NCBI GenBank assembly: GCA_973895155.1
Contig: OZ316899.1
Location: 11,533,775 to 11,597,774 of the forward strand
DNA: 64,000 nucleotides
Direction of reading: 5' to 3'
Source of the DNA: Marsupella aquatica
Lineage: Eukaryota > Plantae > Marchantiophyta
Below are positions 25,757 through 36,576 of this stretch, piece by piece; the stretch's first letter is position 1, and each line of letters begins with the position of its first letter. The position numbers and the translations under genes were made by a program. Below the pieces are notes generated by a model. That model was not told where the DNA came from. It worked only from the letters and a program-made list of their open reading frames with translations, and did no database searches.

Positions 25757-25776
25757 GCCCCCTCCATCTAGTGCCA
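25757..25776 (-). promoter_or_regulatory. Primer-binding site of element A (probably tRNA-Asn)
   Basis: The minus strand reads TGGCACTAGATGGAGGGGGC four bases after the LTR end. It resembles the complement of the plant tRNA-Asn 3' end (TGGCGCTAGAAGGAGGGG, from memory). Confidence 0.75.
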
Positions 25777-25780
25777 AAAA

Positions 25781-28700
25781 TGTGGTGCGTCCCATGGCTC
25801 CCTAAACCCAAGAAACCCCCCAGCTCAAGCCGATTCCCGCAGGTTTCGCGCTTGGCGAGGCCGTTTCCGCGGCTTAGCGGCATGGGACGCTGCTAACCTT
25901 CTACTACTACTATTAACATTTTACACACATATACTGGACAGATCCTTCATCGGGTCATGAGATACGTAGCCGGCCTAATCTAGGCCTTCCCCTGTCTTCC
26001 CCTCCGTCTTGTTAGGTATGTTTGGATTCCGCCGCCGGAATGATCCCCAATAGGCTTGGTTAAGCCGCTAAGACCTCTCTCAGCTCGACACATCCAACTC
26101 TCACTCCCCTGCTTACTTTCCTTCCTTTTGGTTGATGTGGGCACTCTTCACACAAGTTAATGCGACACACAAATAGCAAAATGACTCATTCTGACTGAGT
26201 CATACCATGCACTTGCCATACAAACAGTACATCTCATACACAAGCTCTGCGAACTAAGCCGTGAGGCCAACTCTATTCAGCTCTTGCTTCACTTCTCCCT
26301 CTCTTTGATCGTGTCGGCCAACTCTCCCTGCGTCTGAGTCAGTTTTTCCTTGATATTCTGATTATCAGCCTGCGCGGTGTCCAACTGCCCCTGCATGATG
26401 TTCAGCTCATGCCGTTTAATCCGCAGTTCATCTTGGGCTTTCTTGGCTGCCCTTAGATCTTCAATCTCGGCTTCCATCCTCCTAAGCCGCCGAATGACCT
26501 CGTCCTTCTTGCTTCTCTCTAAAGCCACCGCTTCTTCTAATTGGTGCTTCTCCAACTGCTCCCTATGGAAAAAGGGTCCTACCTCCAACTCCTCTCCAAA
26601 GATGCCGAGCGCAAGTTCCCCACACATCTCACCATACTCCATGGCTCTATTCTTAGCGTAGGTGGAGTAAGTAGAAGTGATCGGCATCGCCCATCGCGGC
26701 CTCTGCTCCCAAGCCGTCCTGCGGATCTCTTCAATCGTGGCTAGAGGTTTGCTTCCTTTTTCGGCTAGCCGCCTGATGTCCTCCGGCCAATCTCCTCCTG
26801 GTAAATCCTTTTCCCTAGCCAGGGCTGCCTCCTCTTCCTGCCTGATTCGCTCCTGAAATTCCTGCACCGTCTGTTTTATGCCATCAAAGCTCGGGGGAGC
26901 AACATCTGGTGGGGGAGACTCAGGGCTACTCTGCTGGTTGGGGTCCCCTCGCACTACCCTTGGAAGTGTGGGGACAAACCGGCCATAGGTCCTTACTCCT
27001 GGAACGTGATGGTCCGACCCATGGCCGGAATTATCATGGCTGCAGTCCTCCACTGCCTCCTCTACTTCTTGGACGTCCGGCTTCTCCCTCTCCTCTTCGT
27101 CGGTAGGAGCTTCAGGCAATTCTGCCTCAGATTCGGAGCTTGAGATTCCCATATACATTCGAACACCTGGCTTGGATTCCGGCCTGATTCTCTCCTTGTC
27201 TCCAGCAAAGGGGTTTTCTCTTGTGAGCCGGTGTAGGCCTACCTCTGTAGTAGTGTCCTACATTGTTGCCGTTGCCGTTGCCGTTGTTGTTGCCGATGCT
27301 GATTTCTTTTCTTTCTCCAGTAGTTTCAGCAGACTCTGCATGCCTGGTTGCTGCATCGGCAAGTCCTCCTTCCTGGGCCTAAACACCTGCTCGATCGTAG
27401 GGCTAACAGGTGGTTGAGGCTTCTCAGCCAACGGCCTCGGCGTTGGAGCTTCCTCGGGTGCCCTTACCTGCAGGGGAAGTACTGGGGCAAAAGTCTGACC
27501 TCTGGCATACCGGCACAACAACGGCATGTGATAGCCAAGCCGCGATACGCTCCCCATGCCGATTACCTGCTGCTCCTCCTTTAAGATCTTCTTCAATTGG
27601 TTGAGGAGGTACCCGTTGTAGTCCCGGCTTGGGTCTGGCCTTTCTGCCAGATAGACCTGTGCTTTGCCGATCTCTGCCCTCGGCAAGTTACAATGCATGG
27701 TCACCCGCAAGAAGTTGATCATCTCTCCTATGTGCGGGTTGGTGCAGGTGTTCCGGAAGAAGCCATTCTTCGTTGATGGCCCGGGGAACGACCGGAACTC
27801 CTTGTCAGGCAAGGTCTTCCTGGTATCAACTTTGGTCTTATTGCCTATCGGCAAGCCAAACACTTCGGCAATTACCTTGGGAGTAAGATAGAAATCCTTC
27901 CCATATATCCTCGTGCAATTGGTCTCGGGTTCCCATGACCGCACGAATTCTAATAGGTCTGACTCCGGTACCTCCGGCTTCAGCCATGGTAATCTTACAA
28001 AGGCCTCTAAGCCAGATCCGGCCATGAAGCCTTGGTACTTCTTGGTCTGCATGGCCGTAAAGCATGCATCCTCCTCCCGTGCAAAATATAGTTGCACCTC
28101 CACCGGTAGGGTTGCCGCCCAGCCCTTCCAGGTGTCATCCCTGGTTGGAATGGCCTTGATGGGATCGACCTCCTCCTCTTCGGCTTCTCCCTGCCTCCTG
28201 CTCTGCTGCTCGGCTGGCTTGTTTGGTGCCGCCGACCTCGTTCTTTTTGCCGGGGTGGCTTCATCGTTGACGGCTCCCTTCCTCTTCATCTCTGCTGCCG
28301 TGGAGGTTTCTCCTAGCACCGTTGCCTGGGTCCACCTTTCCGTGCTACCCTTTAATTCCCAGTGTATGTCGTTGCAGTTCTTGATGGCCTCTCGGATGCC
28401 GACGACGCTATCTTTGCAAAACAGAAGATCGTCGAGTTGATTGGAAGTAGGCATCCACAGGAACTCGTCCTTGATGAGTTCGCCTCCTAAGAAAGCTGTC
28501 TTCTGCAGCTCCCACAATCGAGCGAGCTCCTGCCGTTCTCGAGCTACCCTTTTTGATTCCTCGTCCTCGTAAGTCTTGATGTACTCAGTTGCCCGTTCGA
28601 ACAGGCATCTCCAGAAATGTGCCGCTTGATTGACGTTGCTTATACCCTCCTTAGGTCGATCGTCGGTATCTACTCTCTCCCCGAGTGCTTGCCTAAGCAG

Positions 28701-29019
28701 CTGACAGTAGTTGGCCTCCCGTAGTCGTCTGCCTAGTTCGTGCTTGCAAATGAGCCACCATCTCCTGCAAGCGCTCCTTACCCCTCTCCTCTGCCGGTCC
28801 TTCTTCCCGTTGATCCTTCCTAGCCGCCGACGCTTAACGCGCCCTAACCCTAATCGAGTTTTCACCCTCAGCGTCCTTACCTCCGGCCTCGGCCCGGGTT
28901 CCATGGTTGCCCCTAATTGTTTATATTTTCCTTGTTTTGTCCCTATACTAAGGTGTTCCTAGGGTGCCTTCCTGCTTTATCCACTTAACTGGCCGAGTGA
29001 TTCCTGTCTAGGCATCACA
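25781..29019 (-). repeat. 5' LTR of element A (3239 bp)
   Basis: Direct repeat of 5072-8311 with scattered substitutions and a 1-bp deletion near 26290. Confidence 0.95.
26254..28904 (-). pseudogene. Second copy of the family A LTR-encoded ORF (premature stop at 27258 and a late frameshift)
   Basis: ORFs 27258-28904 and 26289-27158 match 5545-8196. Confidence 0.88.
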
Positions 29020-29049
29020 ACCTTAGTATAGGACCAAAAACAAGGAAAA

Positions 29050-29055
29050 TATAAA
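29050..29055 (+). promoter_or_regulatory. Candidate TATA box near the start of the family A LTR
   Basis: TATAAA about 95 bp into the LTR, conserved in all three copies that retain this end. Confidence 0.45.
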
Positions 29056-29070
29056 CAATTAAGGGTGACT

Positions 29071-32000
29071 ATGGAACCCAGGCCGAGGCCGGAAGTAAGG
29101 ACATCGGGGGAGAGAACACGATTAGGGTTAGGGCGCGCTAAGCGTCGGCGGCTAGGGGTGACCAACGGGAGGGGAGACCAGAGGAGGAGAGGGGTAAGGA
29201 CCGCTCACGAGGAATAGTGGCTCATTTGCAAGAACAAACTGGGCAGACGACTACGGGAGGCCAAATGCTGTCAGTTGCTTAGACAAGCACTCGGGGTGGG
29301 AACAGATACCAATGATCGACTCAAGGAGGGTATGAGCAACGTCAATCAAGCGGCACATTTTTGGGGATGCCTATTCGAACGGGCAGGTGAGTACGTCAGG
29401 ACTTACGAGGACGAAGAATCAGAGAGAGCAGCTCGAGAATGGCAGGAGCTCGCTCGGCTCTGGGAACTGCAGAAGACGGCTTTCTTAGGAGGAGAACTTA
29501 TCAAGGCCGAGTTCTTGTGGACTCCTACTGCCAATCAGCTTGACGACCTTCTGTTTTGCGAAAACAGAATCGTCGGCATCCGGGAAGCCATCAATCGCTG
29601 CAACGACCTACACTGGGAGTTGAAGGGTAACACGGAGGGGTGGACAAAGGCAACCTTGCTAGGAGAAACATCCACGGCAGCCAAGATGAAGAGGAAAGGA
29701 AACAACAACGAAGAGGCCACCCCGGCAAAAAGAACGAGGTCGACGGCACCTAGGAAGCCAGCAGAGCAGCCGAGCAGGACAAGGGGAGAAGCCGATGAGG
29801 AAGAGGTCGATCCCATCAATGCCATTCCAACAAACGATGACACCTGGAAAGGCTGGGCGGCGACCCTACCGGAGGAAGTGCAATTACACTTTGCACAGGA
29901 GGAGGATGCATGCTTTACAGCCATGCAGACCAAGAAGTACCAAGGCTTCATGGCCGGATCCGGCTTGGAAGCCTTCGTAAGATTACCATGGCTGAAGCCG
30001 AAGGTGTCAGACTCAGACTTGTTAGAATTCATGGGATCATGGGAACCCGAGACCGATTCCACGAGGGTGTATGGGAAGGATTTCTATCTCACTCCCCGGG
30101 TGATTGCTGAGGTGTTTGGCTTGCCGATGGGTAATAAGACCAAGGTTGATACCAGGAAGACCTTACCTAACAAGGAGTTCCGGTCGTTCCCAGGACCATC
30201 AACGAAGAATGGCTTCTTCCGAAACACCTGCACCAACCCGCACATCGGAGAGATGATTGATTTCTTGCGAGTGACCATGCACTGTAACTTGCCGAGGGCA
30301 GAGATCGGCAAGGCTCAGGTCTACCTGGCAGAAAGGCCAGACCCAAGCCAGGATTACAAGGGGTACCTCCTCAACCAACTGAAGAAGATTTTGAAGGAGG
30401 AACAGCAGGTGATCGGCGTGGGAAGCGTGTCCCGGCTTGGCTATCACATGCCGCTGTTGTGCCGGTATGCCAGAAGTCAAATCTTTGCCCCAGTACTTCC
30501 CCTATCGGCAAGGACACCGGAGGAGGTCCCGGAGCAGAGGCCGGCACCAGAGAAGCCCAACCAGCCCGACAGTTCGACGATCGAGCAGGTGTTTAGGCCA
30601 AGGAAAGAAGACTTGCCAATGCAGCAACCAGGCATGCAAAAACTGCTGAAATTGCTGGAGAAGGAAAAGATAACGGTTCCGGCAACGGCAACGGCAATGG
30701 TAACGGCACCAATACAGGACGCTGCCCCAGAAGTCGACCTAAGCCGACTCAGAAGGGAAGACCCCTTTACCGGAACCAAGGAGAGATTGAGGCCGGAACA
30801 CAAGCCGGGAGTGCGAATGTACGTGGGAGCCTCAAGCCCCGAATCAGAGGCAGAGGAGCCAGGAGTCCAAGTAGTGGAGGAGGCAATGGAAGACTACAGC
30901 AATGATAACTCCGGCTATGGGTCGGATCATCATGTTCTAGGAGTAAGGACCTGTGGCCGATTTATCCCCACACTTCCAAGAGTAGTTCGAGGGGACCCCA
31001 CCCAGTAGAGTAACCCCAAGTCTCCCCCACCAGAGGTTGCTCCCCCGAGCTTTGACGGCATAAAACAGATGGCACAAGAATTTTAGGAGCGACTTAGGGA
31101 GGAAGAGAGAGCAGCCCTGGCTAGGGAGAAGGATTTACCAGGAGGAGATTGGCCGGAGGACATCAAGCGGCTTGCCGAGAAAAGAAGCAACCCTCTTGCC
31201 ACCGTAGAAGAAATCCGCAAGACGGCTTGGGAGCAGAGGCCGCGGTGGTTGATGCCGATGACTTCTAGTTACTCCACCTATGCTAAGGATAGAGCCATGG
31301 AGTATGGGGAGATGTGTGGGGACCTGGCGCTCAGCATCTTTGGGGAGGAGTTGGAGCAGGGACCCTTTTTCCAGAGGGAGATGTTGGAAAAGCACCGATT
31401 AGAAGAAGCGGTGGCTTTGGAGAGAAACAAGAAGGACAAGGTCATCCGGCGGCTTAGGGAAAAGGAAGCCGAGGTGAAAGACCTGCAGGCGGCCAAGAAA
31501 GCCCAAGATGAGTTGCGGATTAAGCGGCATGAGCTAAACATCATGCAGGGGCAGTTGGATATCGCTTAGTCTGACAATCAGATTATCAAAGATAAACTGA
31601 CTCGGACCCAAGGAGAGTTGGCCAGCGCAGTCAAGGAGAGAGAGAAATGGAAGTGGGAGCTAAGGGATGCAGAGGAAGCCCACTTAGCAACCAACAATCG
31701 GGCCATGGCGGAGAACCAGAGAAGGGAGAGGGCATTGAAAGGAGAGCTTGAAGATATCCGCGGAGCCCTTGAGCAGAAGGAAGCAGAGTTAGGGAAATCC
31801 TATCAAGGGATTATTGCGCTGCAGCAGGAGCTTGCGTCCCTGACGGCCAGCTTCAAGGCCGACCTGCGTGAAAAGGACGACCAGCTCGACCAGACTTATG
31901 CCAAGATGAATAAGATGGAGTCTGTGGTCGTCGCAGAGCTCAACAGGGAGCTAAGAGCAACCCAGGAGGAGAGGGCTACCTTGAAAAGAGAATTGGAGGA

Positions 32001-32670
32001 AGCCAATAAGGAGCTGGAGGAGGCGCGCAAGGACCTGGACGAGACCCAGGAGGAGTTGGAGGAAATCACGAGGAAGATGGAGAACCTACAGCGGCGGGCC
32101 GACAACCAAACGGAGCGGCTGAAGACACAAGCCGCAGTATTTAAATGCTTGGCTTCATCAGGTCCAACTCCAATTGGTGAAACCCAGTTACCAGGGGTAG
32201 TATTGGCCGAAGGACAAGCCGTAACACTCACCCCGGTGCTGGAGGTAAGTGGCAAGGGGAAGGAACCGGCTGTCGAAATAGGGAAGAAGAAGAAGCGGAA
32301 ACCCTCTAGGTCTAGGAGTTATACGGCTTCTCAAGCCATTGTGACCAAGAAGATAAACTCGGCACCAACCTCCGGCATCGGCACGATAGTGGATCCACCA
32401 GTCCTAGGAAGTGGAGATGGCAAGGCCGAGGCCGGGAGAACCAGTAATGTTGCCGAGGTACCAGATCCTCCACTAGAACATGTCGGGGAGGCCGTAGCCG
32501 TAGCAGAGGCCGTGACCGATGCTGAGGCCGAAGCCGAGGGTGGACCCAATCAGGCCGATGAAGAGTTGACTCGGTCAGGGGCAGGTAATCTGTCAGAGGA
32601 TGGACCAACGGTAGTGGTTGCGGAGGAAGCTTTGGGGGCGTCCATTGAGGACCAGCCACCGGTGTCGTGA
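29071..32670 (+). pseudogene. Full-length version (1199 codons) of the LTR-encoded ORF in solo LTR A', with four in-frame TAG stops
   Basis: ATG at 29071; ORFs at 29275, 31249 and 31618 share one frame; TAG at 29215, 31006, 31084 and 31567; long coiled coil at 31400-32130. Confidence 0.85.
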
Positions 32671-33586
32671 TGGTGTAAGGGCGCCGTCCCTTTTAGGGAG
32701 GGCGGACGTGGAGGTAGGAGGCGTGAGTGGGTAGGGCGGGCGCTGATCTCCAAGTTTAGACTTAGGATCAGGATTAGGAGACGGCCCTGACACTTAGATT
32801 AGTGGGATTTCGGATCCACGGGTGTGGACGACACTTGTGCTCCTGCTTCGCTGTAGTTAGGTAGATTATAGTTAGATAGATTACAGTAGGTAGATTAGGC
32901 TTACGCTGCAAGGAATCAGGCGGATCCACAACCAGGATAAGTACCTAGGCTGCGGGGAGTTCAGGGCCTCTTCTTTAACAAGTTTTTAGTTGCACCAGCA
33001 GGGCTGGGATCAAGTAGTAAGAGAAGCTCTCGGTTAGTTATACAGTGACCCTTGTATATATTCATGTTTCCTCATACTTAAGAACTGAATAGAGTTGGCC
33101 TCACGGCTTAGTTCGCAGAGCTTGTGTATGAGATGTACTGTTTGTATGGCAAGTGCATGGTATAACTCAGTCAGAAGGAGTCATTTTGCTATTTGTGTGT
33201 CGCATTAACTTGTGTGAAGAGTGCCCACATCAACTAATAGAGGAATAGAAGTAAGCAGGGGAGTGAGAGTTGGATGTGTCGAGCTGAGAGAGGTCTTAGC
33301 GGCTTAACCAAGCCAATTGGGGATCATTCCGGCGGCGGAATCCAAACATACCTAATGGAAGACCAGGAGAGGAATACAAGGGAGGGACTAGAATAGGCCG
33401 GCTAAGTATCTCATGACCCGATGAAGGATCTGTCCAGTATATGTGTGTAAAATGTTAATAGAGGATTAGCAGCGTCCCATGCCGCTAAACCGCGGAAACG
33501 ACCTCGCCAAGGACGAAACCTGCGGGAATCGGCTTGAGCAAGGGGGTTTCTTGGGTTTGGGGAGGCAGGGGACGCACCACAGCCAC

Positions 33587-35991
33587 CAAAGCCAAAAATG
33601 TTGGTAAGGTATGTACAAGAGCCAGTCAAAGATACCCAAAAACCTGAATCTAACGTTCGGCTTGTGTGTTATGAGGAGGAAATGTGGCTACCAGAAGGAC
33701 AGGTGGACCATGTCCAAATTGTGGAAATCACCTCTCCAACTTATCGGGACCCAAGGAAGGAGTCTACACCCCAAGTTGCCATAGTGAAGAAAAAGAAGAA
33801 AGAATGGGGAAAACTATCTCCAAGTGCAGATCTAGATCTGAATCCAAAACAGATCTAGATCTGAATCCAAAATTTGAAACTGTTGCCATGACCAAAATTC
33901 CAGATATGAATAATGGAGGACCACAAGGCCTGGTGTTTGACATTGAGGTACCTCACTTAGTCAAGGAAGAGGAACTTGGCCAACCCAACAAAAGAGTTAG
34001 AGAGAGAGAAAGAGTACCGAAAGTGTTTGCAATTACTCGATCTAAGGACAAAAAGTTGGCTAAGGCCCTTGAGAAGGAATTGAAGAAGGCCAAGCAACCT
34101 GTAGCAACCAAAAGAGAAGGGGTGGACCACGGGAACGATGGAACATATGATCGTAATGATCTTAAATACTTCTTACCGGACATCTCTACAGAAGTCAAAG
34201 AGATTTTGGCTCGCAAATTACAAGTGAAACCTGAAATCAAAAAGTCACTTACCCCTGTGGTACCTCCAATCAAAGAAGGGAAATTGAAATTGGAGAAATC
34301 CCAACCGTATGACATTGTGGCAAACATTGACAATGTCAAAGCCAACATCACAATAGGAGAATTGATTAGAATTAACCCTCAATTTTGAAGGGAGATCAGA
34401 TTAGTAGGTGGCAGAAGAAGGAGAAAAGCCAAATTGCCAACTGTAGATGTGCATAATTGCTTCCACCTTGAGGCTTCGGATAGAGGACAACCTATATTGA
34501 CCATTCAAATTGCTGGGTGTTCCATTCAGGGAGTTCCTATTGATGGAGGATCAAGTGTCAACCTCATCACAGAATCTATTGCATACAGTTTGGGATTTGA
34601 AAAATTTGAGCCCACTGATCGGTTCCTGAGAATGGCGGACAAAACTCGGGTTGCTCTAGTTGGAATTTTGCAGAATGTGGATACAATAATTGGAGGCATT
34701 ACATTTCCTTTAGGTGTATGTAATTATTCGACCCTCTTCTCCTTCCAATTTTCCAATCCTATTAGGACGGCCTTGGCTGTATGGTGTCGGGGTGAAAGTT
34801 AATTGGACTATGAAAGAATTAACTTTTGGTACCCCCGAGTGATTGTAAGTTGGGACGTAGATCCTCACCAGGGAGAGACAGAGATGGATGAAGGCTATAC
34901 TTCAAATTCCACGGTCACATCGACAGACTTTGATTCAATCAGAAACAAGACCAAGCGACGAAAAGAAGATGACGTGCGATTTCTCAATATTTTTGAATTT
35001 GATGCTCCTGTGGAGATGGAAAAAGTTCAAAAATAACCGCCGTAACTGAAATTCCGGAACTTGGTAGAAATCCAGAAACATCAGAAAATCTGGATCAATC
35101 ACACTTCAACCGAAAAGCTCCGGTTTTACACTGATTTGGAAGAGAACTTTGAAACAGGCTTACAGCCTGGATGACGCCAGAACCCTTCCTACCTAAGTAC
35201 TATAGTCAAATCTAGGACCTCGGATGGGGAGGGAGTCAAGAGTGACCAAGAAGGTGTCAGCACAGAGTCCTTACCGGAAGAAGCAAAAGGATTGACTATT
35301 GAACCTATGGGTTTTACTGAAGGGATAGTAGACCCAAGAGCTTACCAAAAGGTGGAGATTGAACCTGGAAAATTCTTGAATATCAGCAATCATATTCAGG
35401 GTGAGCAGAGAACTAAGTATGTGGAATTGCTGAAGCAGTATAGGGATGTTTTTGCCTGGAGCCATACCGATATCAAAGGCATACCCTCTTATCTAGGACA
35501 ACACCGGATAGACTTGGTTGAAGGAGCAGTTCCAATCAGGCAAAGGCAATATTGCCTTAATCCTTTTGCCTTTGCCAATATTTAGGGATGAGATTGATAA
35601 GCTAACTCAAGCAGGATTCATTTTTCCAGTCCTAAGCAGTGAGTGGGTTTCTCCCATAGTCATTGTACCTAAGAAACCAAGGCCGGACGGAAAAGTTAAA
35701 ATCTGGGTTTGTCAAGATTTCCGGAAGTTGAATGCAGCCACCAAGAAGGACCATTACCCCTTACCTTTTACTGACATTGTTTTAGATACGGTTACGGGAC
35801 ATGACCTTTTTAGCTTCCTTGATGGTTCCTCTGGATACAATCAAATTTCTGTTAGGGAGGAAGACCGTGACAAGACCACATTCACTATGGACTGGGGCAC
35901 ATATGCTTTCTCAGTAATGCCATTTGGATTCTGCAACGCCCCAGGAACCTTTCAAAGGATCATGATGATTAATTTTCAAGAATATCTTCAT
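33587..35991 (+). pseudogene. pol: gag C-terminus, protease and RT N-terminal half of element B
   Basis: ORFs from 33598 to 36006 with IDGGSSVN, VFAWSHTD and CQDFRKLN; many frameshifts. Confidence 0.88.
33827..33872. repeat. 23-bp tandem duplication containing the palindrome CAGATCTAGATCTG
   Basis: CAGATCTAGATCTGAATCCAAAA occurs twice and shifts the gag frame. Confidence 0.85.
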
Positions 35992-36165
35992 TGTTGTAAG
36001 GGATAAACCTAACCCTGATTACCTAGACTCACCCTAGTATATAGGGAATTGAGGTGGTTACATAACCACCATACCATGTACTATATAGGGAGTTATTTAC
36101 ACTCCCACAATCAGTGAGAAGGATGTGAGCTTGTCGGTGCATTGGTGTCTATGGTGTGCATAATA
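35992..36165 (+). repeat. 5' LTR of Bianca copy 2
   Basis: Lies between the break in element B RT and the PBS; contains an internal TATATA. Confidence 0.75.
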
Positions 36166-36178
36166 CGTTATCAGGACG
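36165..36178 (+). promoter_or_regulatory. PBS of the half-tRNA-Met type typical of Bianca elements
   Basis: ACGTTATCAGGACG versus the Bianca-type ACGTTATCAGCACG (from memory). Confidence 0.7.
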
Positions 36179-36576
36179 ACTCTCCAATTTGAGCAGAATT
36201 TGTTTTCAATTACTCATCCTTCCTCGGAATGAATCTTATGGCTAGTGACTTGTAGCAAGCAACAATTTTTTTATCTTGCCATGTTCACTGAATCAAGGTG
36301 CACACTTTGAATTATTGAGTGAATCAAAATCTGTCATACATGCGCAAAATCAAAAATTGAAGAAACAGGAGCGCAAGCATCTTGACACCAATATACACGG
36401 GAGATTCTGCACTTCGGCCAATACGAGGAAGTTTCTCAAAATTCCTTTGCATTTGTATTATCATCTCAAGGCCAGTTTAACAAAGCTGAATTTTACAATA
36501 TCCAGGTAGATCATAACTCTCAGATTCCTGGATATAACTCAATTTATATTCTAATCATCATAAACATAGTAGACTC

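Larger units (their letters stand above)
5072..29019 (-). mobile_element. Ty3/Gypsy element A with 3.24-kb ORF-containing direct LTRs; defective and interrupted by CACTA1
   Basis: Direct repeats at 5072-8311 and 25781-29019; TSD ACCTT at 5067-5071 and 29020-29024; PBS, PPT and gag-PR-RT-RH-INT order on the minus strand. Confidence 0.95.
5003..33581 (+). mobile_element. Solo LTR A' (~4.6 kb; pieces 5003-5071 and 29025-33581), split by element A
   Basis: Termini TGTGATG...CACCACA; TSD GCCAC at 4998-5002 and 33582-33586; homologous to the LTRs of A in the opposite orientation. Confidence 0.92.
3107..35991 (+). mobile_element. Old Ty3/Gypsy element B (non-chromovirus type), host of the nest; surviving pieces 3107-3573, 3852-5002 and 33582-35991
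   Basis: Gag reads continuously once inserts are removed (ENFEAV|AMSNGDD; the last zinc knuckle ECLAP continues into PKPKMLVRYV). It has three CCHC knuckles, protease IDGGSSVN and RT SEWVSPIVIVPKK...MPFGFCNAPGTFQR, and is cut at 35991 by Bianca copy 2. Confidence 0.85.

Noticed and set aside
25781-33581. A second inverted-LTR element formed by the A and A' repeats
   Set aside because: The TSDs ACCTT and GCCAC show that a normal direct-LTR element inserted into a solo LTR.
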